A DNA stretch of 64,000 bases, from positions 185,798-249,797 of the IMG/VR virus record IMGVR_UViG_3300033143_001962. One strand, given 5' to 3'. Shown here piece by piece: positions 1 to 8,752 of the stretch. The notes beneath the pieces are model-generated. The model worked only from the letters and a program-made list of their open reading frames with translations. It did not search any database and was not told the DNA's origin. The stretch's first letter is position 1. Each line of letters opens with the position of its first letter. The translations under genes and the position numbers were made by a program.

Positions 1-654
1 ACCTTTCTTTCTAACGCCTGGATATGCACTAAAGACATTGTCACTCTTATCACCCCTAATGCACTTCTCAAATAGTATCCAATCTGGCTCACCAATTTGT
101 TTAGGCAATCCAGTCTTCTTATCCATTACTAATTTGTTCTTGTCGTCGAACACACCGTCTAGTGTAATTCTGTGTTTCATAATTCCGTTGTATTGTGTAA
201 CTTGATCGGAGATAAGCTGGTAGTAATCTGTGTCACTACTTAAAATAACATGCTCGTCATCCGGGTGTAGTTGTACCCAACGTGCAATAACATCATCTGC
301 TTCTGCTGTCGGTGCCGCTATAACTGAACAGTTTGTTTTTTCTGCTAGGTAAGTTACGAATTGATTGTATACTTCAAAGTACAAATCATCTTCTTCAACT
401 TCTACTTCACTGCGTTTCTGTCTTTCTGCTGCACGTTGCTTCTTGTAAGGAGTATAAAAATCCTTACGCCAGTTGTTGCCACCTTCCAAACAAAATACTA
501 CGTGATCAACTTTTGAGCTTTTAACTACTTTGTTAGCCGCAGCTAACATCATGTGCATACTCATACCTAGTTTATCGTGTAAGTCTGCGCTTGGGTGAAG
601 TGAGTGTTTTGCTCTGAAGAACAAATTCATTGTGTCTACTAGTATATATCTCAT
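1..654 (-). CDS. rnh: T4-like RNase H / 5'-3' flap exonuclease (3' end runs off the window)
   Basis: Manual translation, not in ORF track: MRYILVDTMNLFFRA...EGGNWRKDFYTPYK...EADDVIA...ILSSDTDYYQL...IRGDKSDNV; acidic motifs of the FEN/PIN 5' nuclease family. Confidence 0.9.
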   Translation of the reverse strand, partial: MRYILVDTMNLFFRAKHSLHPSADLHDKLGMSMHMMLAAANKVVKSSKVDHVVFCLEGGNNWRKDFYTPYKKQRAAERQKRSEVEVEEDDLYFEVYNQFVTYLAEKTNCSVIAAPTAEADDVIARWVQLHPDDEHVILSSDTDYYQLISDQVTQYNGIMKHRITLDGVFDDKNKLVMDKKTGLPKQIGEPDWILFEKCIRGDKSDNVFSAYPGVRKKG

Positions 655-821
655 TTTAATCCTTTTAATGATACAGGGTGATACTGACGCACTATTCTAT
701 TAGATTCGATAATAGCCGGTATGAACTCCCGGTACCATGCGAAGTTGATTGTTTCGTTGAACGGATGCTTACTGTGACGAATTGCTGTGCGTTTTATATC
801 TTTAATAATTTTTAAAATCAT
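651..821 (-). CDS. small hypothetical protein (56 aa)
   Basis: Manual: MILKIIKDIKRTAIRH...SLKGLK; fills the gap and overlaps the rnh start as ATGA. Confidence 0.55.
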   Translation of the reverse strand: MILKIIKDIKRTAIRHSKHPFNETINFAWYREFIPAIIESNRIVRQYHPVSLKGLK

Positions 822-822
822 T

Positions 823-1542
823 TTATACCATTTTGTGTTTTATAATATGCTTAAGCAATACATTGTTCGCCCAAGCTGCATGTGCATCGTGTCCGTAATG
901 ATAGTTAGACGTAATGACATGATCGTATCCGTTTGTTTGCAACCAACCATCAAAGCTACCTTCTGGCAGGTATGGTTCTATGTAGCTTTCCTTAAAGTCT
1001 ACGTGCTCGTCGTTACGTATATCGTAGAACGTGTTGTTGCCGTTAAAGAATATGTGCTTGTAGCCTAAGTTAGTTAAGTACGCATCAAAGTCACAAATGT
1101 CCTGATACGCTTCTTCTGTCTTTTGATCCCAGTCAATATCTGCAATGTACTTTTTATACTGTTCGACGTACTCTGCTGGCACATCATCTATGCCGCTTGC
1201 ATTAACTTGGAAGTACGTGCCATCAATTAACCATTCTTCACGTTCCCATGTGCTCCATTGGATGACCATTAACACATCTTCAGCAGGAATAATATCTTGT
1301 GTGCGTTCTATGTACGCTTTAGTTGTTCTAATAGTACGTGCATTAGAACTAGCACTTTCAGCATCACATTGAAGCGTTGCCTTAATTGTACTAGCAAGAA
1401 CTGTGCTCCATGCAACCTTTAAGTTGTCAGGATGTGGTTGACGCTTTTGCATCCAGTACTTAGGATCATCCTCAGCGAACGAATAACTGTTTACTGCTTC
1501 CGCACCTGCTGTATGACTATCGCCGTTAGTATAAAGTATCAC
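823..1542 (-). CDS. SGNH/GDSL-hydrolase-like protein
   Basis: N-terminal NGDSHT (GDS block), ASSNAR, C-terminal HYGHDAH. Confidence 0.7.
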   Translation of the reverse strand: MILYTNGDSHTAGAEAVNSYSFAEDDPKYWMQKRQPHPDNLKVAWSTVLASTIKATLQCDAESASSNARTIRTTKAYIERTQDIIPAEDVLMVIQWSTWEREEWLIDGTYFQVNASGIDDVPAEYVEQYKKYIADIDWDQKTEEAYQDICDFDAYLTNLGYKHIFFNGNNTFYDIRNDEHVDFKESYIEPYLPEGSFDGWLQTNGYDHVITSNYHYGHDAHAAWANNVLLKHIIKHKMV

Positions 1543-1838
1543 TCACATTCACCTAATGTGCCTTTAAGCCTTTCAAGTACAAATGTTTCTTTCTTTAAGT
1601 ACTGCCTAATAGTCACAGGAGGCCCACCAAACAATGCACCTACATTATTTTCATGTGTGCCTGTGTACATTTTAGTGAATGGATAAATGTCTTCCTCTGT
1701 GATACTATCGACACGGAATTTAAAATTCCAAATGTATTCCCAGTCATTATTCGATTTTATTAAATTCAGATTCATACGTGGTAACCTCTTAACTTTATAA
1801 GTTATTATATTATCAACGGCTGCATAGCTACTGCCCAT
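1539..1838 (-). CDS. hypothetical, dispersed member of paralog family A
   Basis: YPFTKMYTGT...YLKKETFVLERLKG matches the 3332-5500 array consensus. Confidence 0.6.
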   Translation of the reverse strand: MGSSYAAVDNIITYKVKRLPRMNLNLIKSNNDWEYIWNFKFRVDSITEEDIYPFTKMYTGTHENNVGALFGGPPVTIRQYLKKETFVLERLKGTLGECE

Positions 1839-2314
1839 TATTCTTCCAGTTTTTCCAAACGTTCAATTTCTGCTAAAATGTAGTACTTAATTTTCTTAGC
1901 ATCACGCATCTTAGCACTGTGCTCTACTTCGCCATAACGGTAAACTGCACGGAAGATTTCACCCATCTGTGCATTCATATCTTTATGTGATATTAAGTGT
2001 TGTAACTCACAAGCGCATTCTGGCAATTCATAATAGCTTGCAGTACTGCCATCACTTGCTTCTTTACTTGTAGTTTCTTCTTCACTATCAAGAAGAGCAC
2101 GAGTCTTTTTTATTTCCGCTGTTACTGTCTGATAATCGTCCGCGTCTGCAGGCCCTACAGCTGGCGTGAAAACAGTATCTGCTTCAAAATTAATATTGCT
2201 TTCGTCAACTAACACCACTGGTTTTGCAGGCCCTAAATCTATCCCATTTTCTTCAGTTGCGCTTCCATCCTTCTCGTCCTGGTCTTTTAAAGGTGTTCCC
2301 ATTCCTTGTGCCAT
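1838..2314 (-). CDS. DUF3310/SaV-like phage protein with acidic N-terminal extension
   Basis: C-terminal YYELP...MGEIFRAVYRYG...DAKKIKYYILAEIERL pattern. Confidence 0.5.
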   Translation of the reverse strand: MAQGMGTPLKDQDEKDGSATEENGIDLGPAKPVVLVDESNINFEADTVFTPAVGPADADDYQTVTAEIKKTRALLDSEEETTSKEASDGSTASYYELPECACELQHLISHKDMNAQMGEIFRAVYRYGEVEHSAKMRDAKKIKYYILAEIERLEKLEE

Positions 2315-2332
2315 TATACTTCCTCCATTATG

Positions 2333-2542
2333 TTACTTGATGATATTACCGTCATCGTCGGTCGTCACTAACTCTATGTAGTCTATCTTATGCGGTGGTA
2401 TCCAGTGCCGCATATCACTTGTTGTAAATTTAAATAGTCCATTTATCCAGAATCCGTCTTTCAGATCTGCTAAATTATCAGCAAGGACAAAACCAAATGG
2501 TGTTGTGTTTTTCTCTAAGTGAGCTTTGTGATAATGTTTCAT
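2333..2542 (-). CDS. hypothetical protein
   Basis: ORF track; start moved to MKHYHK, which overlaps the upstream stop. Confidence 0.55.
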   Translation of the reverse strand: MKHYHKAHLEKNTTPFGFVLADNLADLKDGFWINGLFKFTTSDMRHWIPPHKIDYIELVTTDDDGNIIK

Positions 2543-2937
2543 TTTGTTTCCTCTTCGACACCATCGGGGCAAAATGTCTCTAAGACAGTTAATAATGATT
2601 TTGCAATATCGTACTGTCCTGCTAGTGTAGAGTAACTTATCACTTGGCGAACTTGTTCTGCAATTTCATCACGGATTGGATTATTCTCGTATGCGTATTG
2701 CACGAACAATCCAGCTCCTCTCAATGATCCCACCCACTCTGCAATGAACTCATCATTGCGTCCAGTAACATCAATATTAATTACATCACCATCATCACGA
2801 ATACGCTCAATGGCTTCTTTAGATTCTTTTAACCCGTACCCAGTTAACGCGCGGAACGATTTAATAGCCTGCACGAAATGATTAATATCGCCGCGCGATG
2901 TAATCAATAGCCTTTTAAATTGGTGTTCCATTGTCAT
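2539..2937 (-). CDS. protein with ribosomal protein bL12 (L7/L12) C-terminal-like domain
   Basis: FVQAIKSFRALTGYGLKESKEAIE resembles bL12 CTD ([21 protein letters not shown]). Confidence 0.65.
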   Translation of the reverse strand: MTMEHQFKRLLITSRGDINHFVQAIKSFRALTGYGLKESKEAIERIRDDGDVINIDVTGRNDEFIAEWVGSLRGAGLFVQYAYENNPIRDEIAEQVRQVISYSTLAGQYDIAKSLLTVLETFCPDGVEEETK

Positions 2938-3347
2938 TATCTGTACTCTCTACGGCCGCCATCTAATTTTCTGTTTTGTGGATCTGCTTGTTCTTGTTCG
3001 AATGTTTCAAGTACTACATTTCTGCATACATCAGTAAACCACTGATCAACTAAGTCAGCATCTTCTTTACCTTGGTAACCAAAACGCATTAACTTTGCAA
3101 TAAAGTAATCATTCCAGTCAAGTTCGAAATTACCATTACTTAAATCATTGTAATCAACATCCATATCAACGATAGTAACCCACGGTTCTTTACGCTTGTC
3201 GGCTTCTGCTTTTTGCTTTGCTAATGTTTCGTCACGCTTCTGCACATCTGTCTTACTTGGCTTGCGTTTTTTAACAGGCTTGTCTACGTCTTTGTTTCTT
3301 ATTACTGCCCACGTTGCACTTGCAGTTTCTCTTAATTTCTTAAACAT
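2937..3347 (-). CDS. conserved-looking phage hypothetical protein
   Basis: ORF track; start moved to MFKKLRE (3347) because the upstream part is occupied by the family A gene 3332-3553. Confidence 0.6.
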   Translation of the reverse strand: MFKKLRETASATWAVIRNKDVDKPVKKRKPSKTDVQKRDETLAKQKAEADKRKEPWVTIVDMDVDYNDLSNGNFELDWNDYFIAKLMRFGYQGKEDADLVDQWFTDVCRNVVLETFEQEQADPQNRKLDGGRREYR

Positions 3348-3553
3348 CTTTTTTCCGTACCTTTTAATTTTAGTAGTACTAATTCTTTTTCGGATATCCA
3401 CTCTTTAAATACAACTTGATACCCATCTACTTCACCTATACGCTCTCTCCAATACACTGTGGAAAGTGGCCGTATACTGTTACCTGTTACCTGACATGTG
3501 CGCGGCAATATGGTTCTTGTCTTAGTCCAATGTATATTAATACTGTAGATTAT
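3332..3553 (-). CDS. family A paralog 8 (73 aa, putative ATA start; absent from ORF track)
   Basis: Manual: IIYSINIHWTKTRTILPRTCQVTGNSIRPLSTVYWRER...KEWISEKELVLLKLKGTEKRCLRN; ATA overlaps the upstream TAA as ATAA. Confidence 0.75.
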   Translation of the reverse strand: MIYSINIHWTKTRTILPRTCQVTGNSIRPLSTVYWRERIGEVDGYQVVFKEWISEKELVLLKLKGTEKRCLRN

Positions 3554-3840
3554 ATTATACCTTTTAATTTGTTAAATGTAAACTCTTCTGGCAACATCCA
3601 GAAGTATTCTTTCATAGTTGGGTGTTTGCCACCTTCATAACCTTCATTTGTAATTCTCCTAGTTCCTTTGTACGCTTTAGTAAATGGCATTAATAATTTA
3701 CCAGTAGCCAAACACCGTGTTGGTACAATATTGCGCGTTTCTACCCACGTTGTATTGCTTAAGTATACGTCAGCGCCGTACCATGATTTAAATGTTCTAG
3801 GTAATGTCTCCACTTCCGTTACGCGACTATGCAGTCTCAT
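3550..3840 (-). CDS. family A paralog 7
   Basis: W...VPTRCLATGKLLMPFTKAYKG...WMLPEEFTFNKLKG. Confidence 0.8.
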   Translation of the reverse strand: MRLHSRVTEVETLPRTFKSWYGADVYLSNTTWVETRNIVPTRCLATGKLLMPFTKAYKGTRRITNEGYEGGKHPTMKEYFWMLPEEFTFNKLKGII

Positions 3841-4088
3841 ATATCTTCGCCCTTTATCTTTGCAAATATAAACGCTTCTTTGCTTGCGTACTTAATATCT
3901 ATACTATGCGGAATAAACGGATGCTTTTTTACACCTCTGTATATTGTGCTGCCAAACTTAGTGTACTGCTTAGTGATACAACATTTGTGTGGGAAGAATG
4001 CATACACTTCAGTCCACTCAAACGTACCCATTAACTTTTTCTGAAAGTCTGTAATTTCCTTAATTGCTTCGTCACCGATTATGATCAC
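3837..4088 (-). CDS. family A paralog 6
   Basis: W...FPHKCCIT...IYRG...YASKEAFIFAKIKG. Confidence 0.75.
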   Translation of the reverse strand: MIIIGDEAIKEITDFQKKLMGTFEWTEVYAFFPHKCCITKQYTKFGSTIYRGVKKHPFIPHSIDIKYASKEAFIFAKIKGEDI

Positions 4089-4366
4089 AGTGATCCTTTT
4101 AGTTTAAGTATCAAGTACTCTGCACTTGTTAACCACTTGTGCAATATAACAGGAGGCTCACCTGCTAAGCCGTATATCTTCCGTGTACCTTTGTATGCAT
4201 AAGTGAACATAGGAATACGCATCCTAGATAGTACACAAATATGCGGACGTATTGCTAATCGTGCCTGCCACTCGTACTTTTGTATCGGATCGTCAGAGTG
4301 TGCTTTGAGTACACGTTCTTCTTCATCTAAGAATATGTCTTGTATTGTTGGTCTTAAATCACTCAT
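4085..4366 (-). CDS. family A paralog 5
   Basis: W...RPHICVLS...IPMFTYAYKG...WLTSAEYLILKLKG. Confidence 0.8.
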   Translation of the reverse strand: MSDLRPTIQDIFLDEEERVLKAHSDDPIQKYEWQARLAIRPHICVLSRMRIPMFTYAYKGTRKIYGLAGEPPVILHKWLTSAEYLILKLKGSL

Positions 4367-4602
4367 ACATTTCCTTTAATCTTTTCAAATAAGAATTCTC
4401 GTTCAGTCATCCATTGATCTGTTTCTAATGTCATGACACCGTCATCGGTACAATTAAGTATATCTTGCTTTAAATGATAAGCTGTACTGAACATAGGAAT
4501 CTTATTGCCCGACACTACACTCTTCTTAGGCCACAATGTTTTAACCCTGCACCAACTTGGTGCTTGTGAATGGTTATTAGATGACGGTGTTGCTGGAGCC
4601 AC
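4363..4602 (-). CDS. family A paralog 4 (GTG start)
   Basis: W...WPKKSVVSGNKIPMFSTAY...WMTEREFLFEKIKG. Confidence 0.8.
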   Translation of the reverse strand: MAPATPSSNNHSQAPSWCRVKTLWPKKSVVSGNKIPMFSTAYHLKQDILNCTDDGVMTLETDQWMTEREFLFEKIKGNV

Positions 4603-4880
4603 TACACTTCACCTTGCAACTTTTTAAAGACGTACTGTTTTTCAGACATCCAGTGTACCTCTGGGATAGAGTGCGTATCATGCCCGTGAAACGAGGTTAC
4701 ATTCTTAAAGTACGCTTTAGTGAACATTGGAATATATTCATCACTCACTGAACAGCGTTTCGGCCAAAATGTTCTTCCTGGTGTCCATAGATGTGTGACA
4801 AATTGCTGTGTGTTTGTTTGGTCTGTAGTTCCGCCATCGTACTGTGTACTCATTGTATAACCCTCGTCTCTAACTGGCAT
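4602..4880 (-). CDS. family A paralog 3 (TAG stop)
   Basis: W...WPKRCSVSDEYIPMFTKAY...WMSEKQYVFKKLQG. Confidence 0.8.
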   Translation of the reverse strand: MPVRDEGYTMSTQYDGGTTDQTNTQQFVTHLWTPGRTFWPKRCSVSDEYIPMFTKAYFKNVTSFHGHDTHSIPEVHWMSEKQYVFKKLQGEV

Positions 4881-5235
4881 GTTTAATTTTCAATTTATAA
4901 AACACCATTTGTGCTTCACTAACCCATATAGTGCGTTCTCTGCCTTTGTACGCTAAAGTACCTTTAAATACTTTATTAACAAATGGCATAATAACTTTGC
5001 CAGACAATAAACACTTTCTTATTTTATAAGACGTCTCGTGTTCCCACTTAGCATTTGGTAGTACGTCTTCTACAAAAACATCAGGATCTGCTAGGTACTT
5101 GTCTACACTAGCCATAGCTAAATGTAACCGTATGTCGTTACAATCTGTGTGTAGCTTTGCACGTTGCCCACGTATTTCTTCCTGGAGTACAGCAAGTCTA
5201 TCTTTAACATTTTGTATTTCTTCTGGCCTAATCAT
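4870..5235 (-). CDS. family A paralog 2 with N-terminal coiled coil
   Basis: W...IRKCLLSGKVIMPF...FKG...WVSEAQMVFYKLK; start moved to MIRPEE overlapping the upstream stop. Confidence 0.75.
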   Translation of the reverse strand: MIRPEEIQNVKDRLAVLQEEIRGQRAKLHTDCNDIRLHLAMASVDKYLADPDVFVEDVLPNAKWEHETSYKIRKCLLSGKVIMPFVNKVFKGTLAYKGRERTIWVSEAQMVFYKLKIKHAS

Positions 5236-5500
5236 CAATTTTACCTTGTAGTCGTAATAGAACAAAACTTTTTTCACTCACCCAACGTGTCTCAGTGATG
5301 TGTACCATGCCCATGTTGCCATCTGCTTTGATACGGCCGGACACACCTTTTAAATGCGTTCCAGTCCACAACCACTGTTTAGTAACTGCGTCTATGCGCG
5401 GCAATAATATTCTTTCCTCTTGCCAATTTGCGCCCTTAAAGAATTCGTCACTTACGTTAGGATAAACTTGGCTAAGTAGTGTGTCTCTTACGTACCCCAT
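5228..5500 (-). CDS. family A paralog 1 (TAG stop)
   Basis: W...LPRIDAVT...HLKG...WVSEKSFVLLRLQG. Confidence 0.75.
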   Translation of the reverse strand: MGYVRDTLLSQVYPNVSDEFFKGANWQEERILLPRIDAVTKQWLWTGTHLKGVSGRIKADGNMGMVHITETRWVSEKSFVLLRLQGKIDD

Positions 5501-6360
5501 TCATTCTTCCATAAGTCAACTTGTAAACGTGCGCTATATCTAAAACCGTACAACATTGCTAACTTAGCCACCTCAGGAGCATTAACATCATACAATTCAG
5601 GATCACCACCACATGGCATTAAGTACACCTCACCGTGGAACCCCGCGTCTCTGTACTTTTCAACAAAGAAATTAACATCACGCATATCTGTTTGCTTGCT
5701 TACAACGAACTTTAAGTACACACTACCATACCTTTGATAGCTTGCTACAATTTCAGGTTGTAGTGCATCCTCCATTGCTTCACCAGAACTGCTAATCTTA
5801 GGACTAACACTAAATGTAAGCTGGTGAGATTCAGAATTTTTAATCTGATCTCTTAGTAAGTAATCTGCAAAGTCGTCTGTAATCTTTTGTGTGCCGTTTG
5901 TTTCAAATGTAACTTGTTTGTAGCCCATGTCACGTGCTGTACTTAGTAACTCAGGATAAGCTCGTTGCCACCCTAGTAGTGGCTCACCACCAGTTATAAC
6001 TAAGTGTGTGCTACCGTTGTTTTCTGCTACCGGGTTATTTTCTAAACGGACAACTTCCATTTGTCTAATAATCTCGTCAACTTCTAACATTGGACTTAAA
6101 TTCTTAAAACCTTTATGCCAACTTGCATAACTGTCACATCCGTACTTAGCAAGCGGCAGGCTATTATAACCCCAACCTGGATTATTTTTGTATTCTTTTG
6201 CAAACTGTTCCGGCTCTGTCGTTTCTTCGCCATCTTCTAATCCAAATGATCTACACTCAAAGTTGCAACCGAATGTTCTCACGAATACCGACGGAACGCC
6301 TGTGTATAATCCTTCGCCTTGTAAGCTGTGGAATATTTCTGCTATTTTAATTTTTGCCAT
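5488..6360 (-). CDS. queE: 7-carboxy-7-deazaguanine synthase (radical SAM)
   Basis: EIFHSLQGEG...FVRTFGCNFEC...CDS, VITGGEPLL, FETNGT, SVSPK, LQVDLW. Confidence 0.9.
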   Translation of the reverse strand: MAKIKIAEIFHSLQGEGLYTGVPSVFVRTFGCNFECRSFGLEDGEETTEPEQFAKEYKNNPGWGYNSLPLAKYGCDSYASWHKGFKNLSPMLEVDEIIRQMEVVRLENNPVAENNGSTHLVITGGEPLLGWQRAYPELLSTARDMGYKQVTFETNGTQKITDDFADYLLRDQIKNSESHQLTFSVSPKISSSGEAMEDALQPEIVASYQRYGSVYLKFVVSKQTDMRDVNFFVEKYRDAGFHGEVYLMPCGGDPELYDVNAPEVAKLAMLYGFRYSARLQVDLWKNEWGT

Positions 6361-6571
6361 ACTTTCCTTCTACGTAGTCAAGTAAAGCTAGTTGATCTTT
6401 AGTCTTACGAGAATCGCCGTAAGCCTTCACTAGCTTTATAATTTCATTTAATTCATATCGTTTTGTAATATTGTTTATTACCGCTTGCGCATGTAACGTC
6501 GAGTCATACTGATCAACATTATTGTTAATCCAATCTATTTCTGCTTGTAAACAAACGCCCATTACATCCAC
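6347..6571 (-). CDS. hypothetical protein
   Basis: ORF track, coupled to neighbours. Confidence 0.55.
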   Translation of the reverse strand: MDVMGVCLQAEIDWINNNVDQYDSTLHAQAVINNITKRYELNEIIKLVKAYGDSRKTKDQLALLDYVEGKYGKN

Positions 6572-6762
6572 CTCAATTTATAAAGCATTGCATCTTTCTC
6601 TCTGACAAAGCCTAACCGTTTCCAATCTAAGTACATGAAGTTCTTTTCGCCTACAGACTTCATAAGCCAGCGTAATTTATCGTCCTCAACCCTCGGGTGA
6701 TAGTTAGCAGGCATTGTGTACTTAAACTTCCGAGATTGGTTGCGTCGTTGTTTAGCGTTCAT
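6562..6762 (-). CDS. hypothetical, family C (C-terminal DAxxFxLKW-type motif)
   Basis: ends FVREKDAMLYKLRWM. Confidence 0.6.
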   Translation of the reverse strand: MNAKQRRNQSRKFKYTMPANYHPRVEDDKLRWLMKSVGEKNFMYLDWKRLGFVREKDAMLYKLRWM

Positions 6763-6908
6763 TATAACACCTTAGGTTCGTCATACCAAATACATTCTTC
6801 GTCGTGTCCGTCGACAAAGATGTGATCGATTGCTATTGCACCGCAACATCCGCAGTGCCCGACATTGTCTGCTAACTTAGCCCACATTTGTATTTGTTCT
6901 TGGTCCAT
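6762..6908 (-). CDS. small Cys/His-rich protein (48 aa)
   Basis: Manual: MDQEQIQMWAKLADNVGHCGCCGAIAIDHIFVDGHDEECIWYDEPKVL; TAATG overlaps on both sides. Confidence 0.55.
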   Translation of the reverse strand: MDQEQIQMWAKLADNVGHCGCCGAIAIDHIFVDGHDEECIWYDEPKVL

Positions 6909-7411
6909 TACTTTGGTTTACTCATCCACCAATCTTCAAATGGGAATACAACCCAAACATCGTTTTCTGCTTTGTTAATTTCTAATCCGGTGTATCCAAC
7001 TTCATTGAAGTCACTACTTTGATTATCCACTACTGTTGCAAAGCGTACATTGTTACCGAATACATTTTGGAATTCATCGTGAATGCTTATTTGCCAATCT
7101 TCTTTAATCCAATTAAGCGTTGCACCTGAGTCGTTGATGTCATCTACAATAAGAATGTTCTTACCATTGAACGCATCTTCTGCCATCCAGCAATTACTTT
7201 CCGGGCCTTCTTTGTTTGCATTGTCACGTAAACTTACATCTAAACTGTACATAGGTACATTCATGTATTGGCTGATTAGTACTGCTGGGAGCAATCCACC
7301 GCGTGTAATGCCCACAATGTAATCTGGTTTGTAGCCGTCTAAGTTAATGTCCCGAATAATGGTTTGCACCATACGTTCCATGTCTGTGTAGTCTAAATAT
7401 AGTTTGTTCAT
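6908..7411 (-). CDS. purine phosphoribosyltransferase (Gpt/Hpt-like)
   Basis: IVGITRGGLLPA, PRPP-binding ILIVDDINDSGAT, WVVFPFE. Confidence 0.88.
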   Translation of the reverse strand: MNKLYLDYTDMERMVQTIIRDINLDGYKPDYIVGITRGGLLPAVLISQYMNVPMYSLDVSLRDNANKEGPESNCWMAEDAFNGKNILIVDDINDSGATLNWIKEDWQISIHDEFQNVFGNNVRFATVVDNQSSDFNEVGYTGLEINKAENDVWVVFPFEDWWMSKPK

Positions 7412-7429
7412 AAGGTCTCCTATGTGTAC

Positions 7430-7458
7430 ATTATACTATATTAGTTAAATAAAGTCAA
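7430..7458 (-). promoter_or_regulatory. sigma70-type early promoter
   Basis: TTGACT-17 nt-TATAAT on the minus strand just upstream of the PRT gene. Confidence 0.75.
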
Positions 7459-8467
7459 TTTCTTTTAGATGTTTTCCGAGGGTTATTTCGACACGGTCCA
7501 TTTTGGATATAACCTGTTTATTATGTTCGAAGATATCATTGCACTTAGTAAGCACTACATCTTGCGGTAATAGTGTTAACTGATGTGCCGAATCAATAGC
7601 TGCTAACCACCGTTCTTCTTGATTTTCAATCTCATCGTAGCTTTCGTCAACTACGTCACCGAACGTCTTAAACCCAAGGCTACGTAAATTACGAAGATAG
7701 TGCTGCCCGCTAATTATAATGAATAAACGTCCGGCTGTTAACGGTTTGGCTATTTTCTCTGTAAAGAAACTAAACCAATTATGGTAGTTAGTTTCACAAA
7801 CAATTGAGTACGCTGCCTTGTTATAAATTTTATACGGCATAACCTGACTTGGTAGCATGACATGACCATTGAACTCCACACGAGAAGAATTAACATGTAT
7901 TATATCATCTTCCCATAAATCACCAGGCGAAATTGATTCAGTACTAACCGAGCTTGTTTTTAAAAATGGTGTTTCGAAGATCTTATCTCGAAAATGTGAT
8001 ACGTTATCGTTAACAAAAACTCTATGGTATCGAGAAACTCCGTACATTATTTCAAAGTGATATTCCTTTGTATGAGAGAGATGCTTATTATTACGGTTGT
8101 AAAAACTTCCTGTACTTACTAGCCAACTGCTGTTATAAAGTAATTTAGCATCTACCTGTAGCTGATCATTTAATATACCGCCTATGATATATGTGAATCT
8201 CTTACTACTATTCTTTTTCATGAATACCAGTGATTCAATGTGTAGCTCCATTGAGATTATTATTATTTGTACGTCTTCTGGTAACTTGTTGATTGTGTCC
8301 TGTAACGCATAAAACCTTTCAGATTCGTATTCTTGCTGCAATACCGCTACTTTGTTATCGCATTTAGCTGCAATGAATTTATCTAGCGAAGGAGAATACA
8401 CCACACCTTTAGCTAACTCAGTGTAGTGCATGTCATCGAAGTTAGAAATATAAATTAATCGATCCAT
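7445..8467 (-). CDS. hypothetical, possible glycosyltransferase-like (TEK-motif) protein
   Basis: YSIVCET...FFTEKIAKPL...LRSLGFKTF..VVDESYD; weak resemblance to GT10/GT-B C-terminal region. Confidence 0.45.
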   Translation of the reverse strand: MDRLIYISNFDDMHYTELAKGVVYSPSLDKFIAAKCDNKVAVLQQEYESERFYALQDTINKLPEDVQIIIISMELHIESLVFMKKNSSKRFTYIIGGILNDQLQVDAKLLYNSSWLVSTGSFYNRNNKHLSHTKEYHFEIMYGVSRYHRVFVNDNVSHFRDKIFETPFLKTSSVSTESISPGDLWEDDIIHVNSSRVEFNGHVMLPSQVMPYKIYNKAAYSIVCETNYHNWFSFFTEKIAKPLTAGRLFIIISGQHYLRNLRSLGFKTFGDVVDESYDEIENQEERWLAAIDSAHQLTLLPQDVVLTKCNDIFEHNKQVISKMDRVEITLGKHLKEIDFI

Positions 8468-8491
8468 TTAGTTCAATGTCAGTAACTTAGC

Positions 8492-8752
8492 TTATCTGAA
8501 GCAGGGTTCTGCTACTTTTTCTTTGATTTCAACACTTGTTGGGGTGATTTTGCGTAATGTTGCCTGTTCGAAGCGTTTATCGCAAATATTGACTTCGTAT
8601 ACATACGTAGACGCCATTGGCATGCCGTGTATGTCCAATGGATTTTCTATCCACTGCACGGCTGTGATAGTTACGTGTGCATTCCAAAGATTTTGCGGGG
8701 CATCAGTACTTTGCAATATAGCTACCTCACCAAGTTGAAATAGTTGGATCAT
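8492..8752 (-). CDS. hypothetical protein
   Basis: ORF track, coupled. Confidence 0.55.
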   Translation of the reverse strand: MIQLFQLGEVAILQSTDAPQNLWNAHVTITAVQWIENPLDIHGMPMASTYVYEVNICDKRFEQATLRKITPTSVEIKEKVAEPCFR

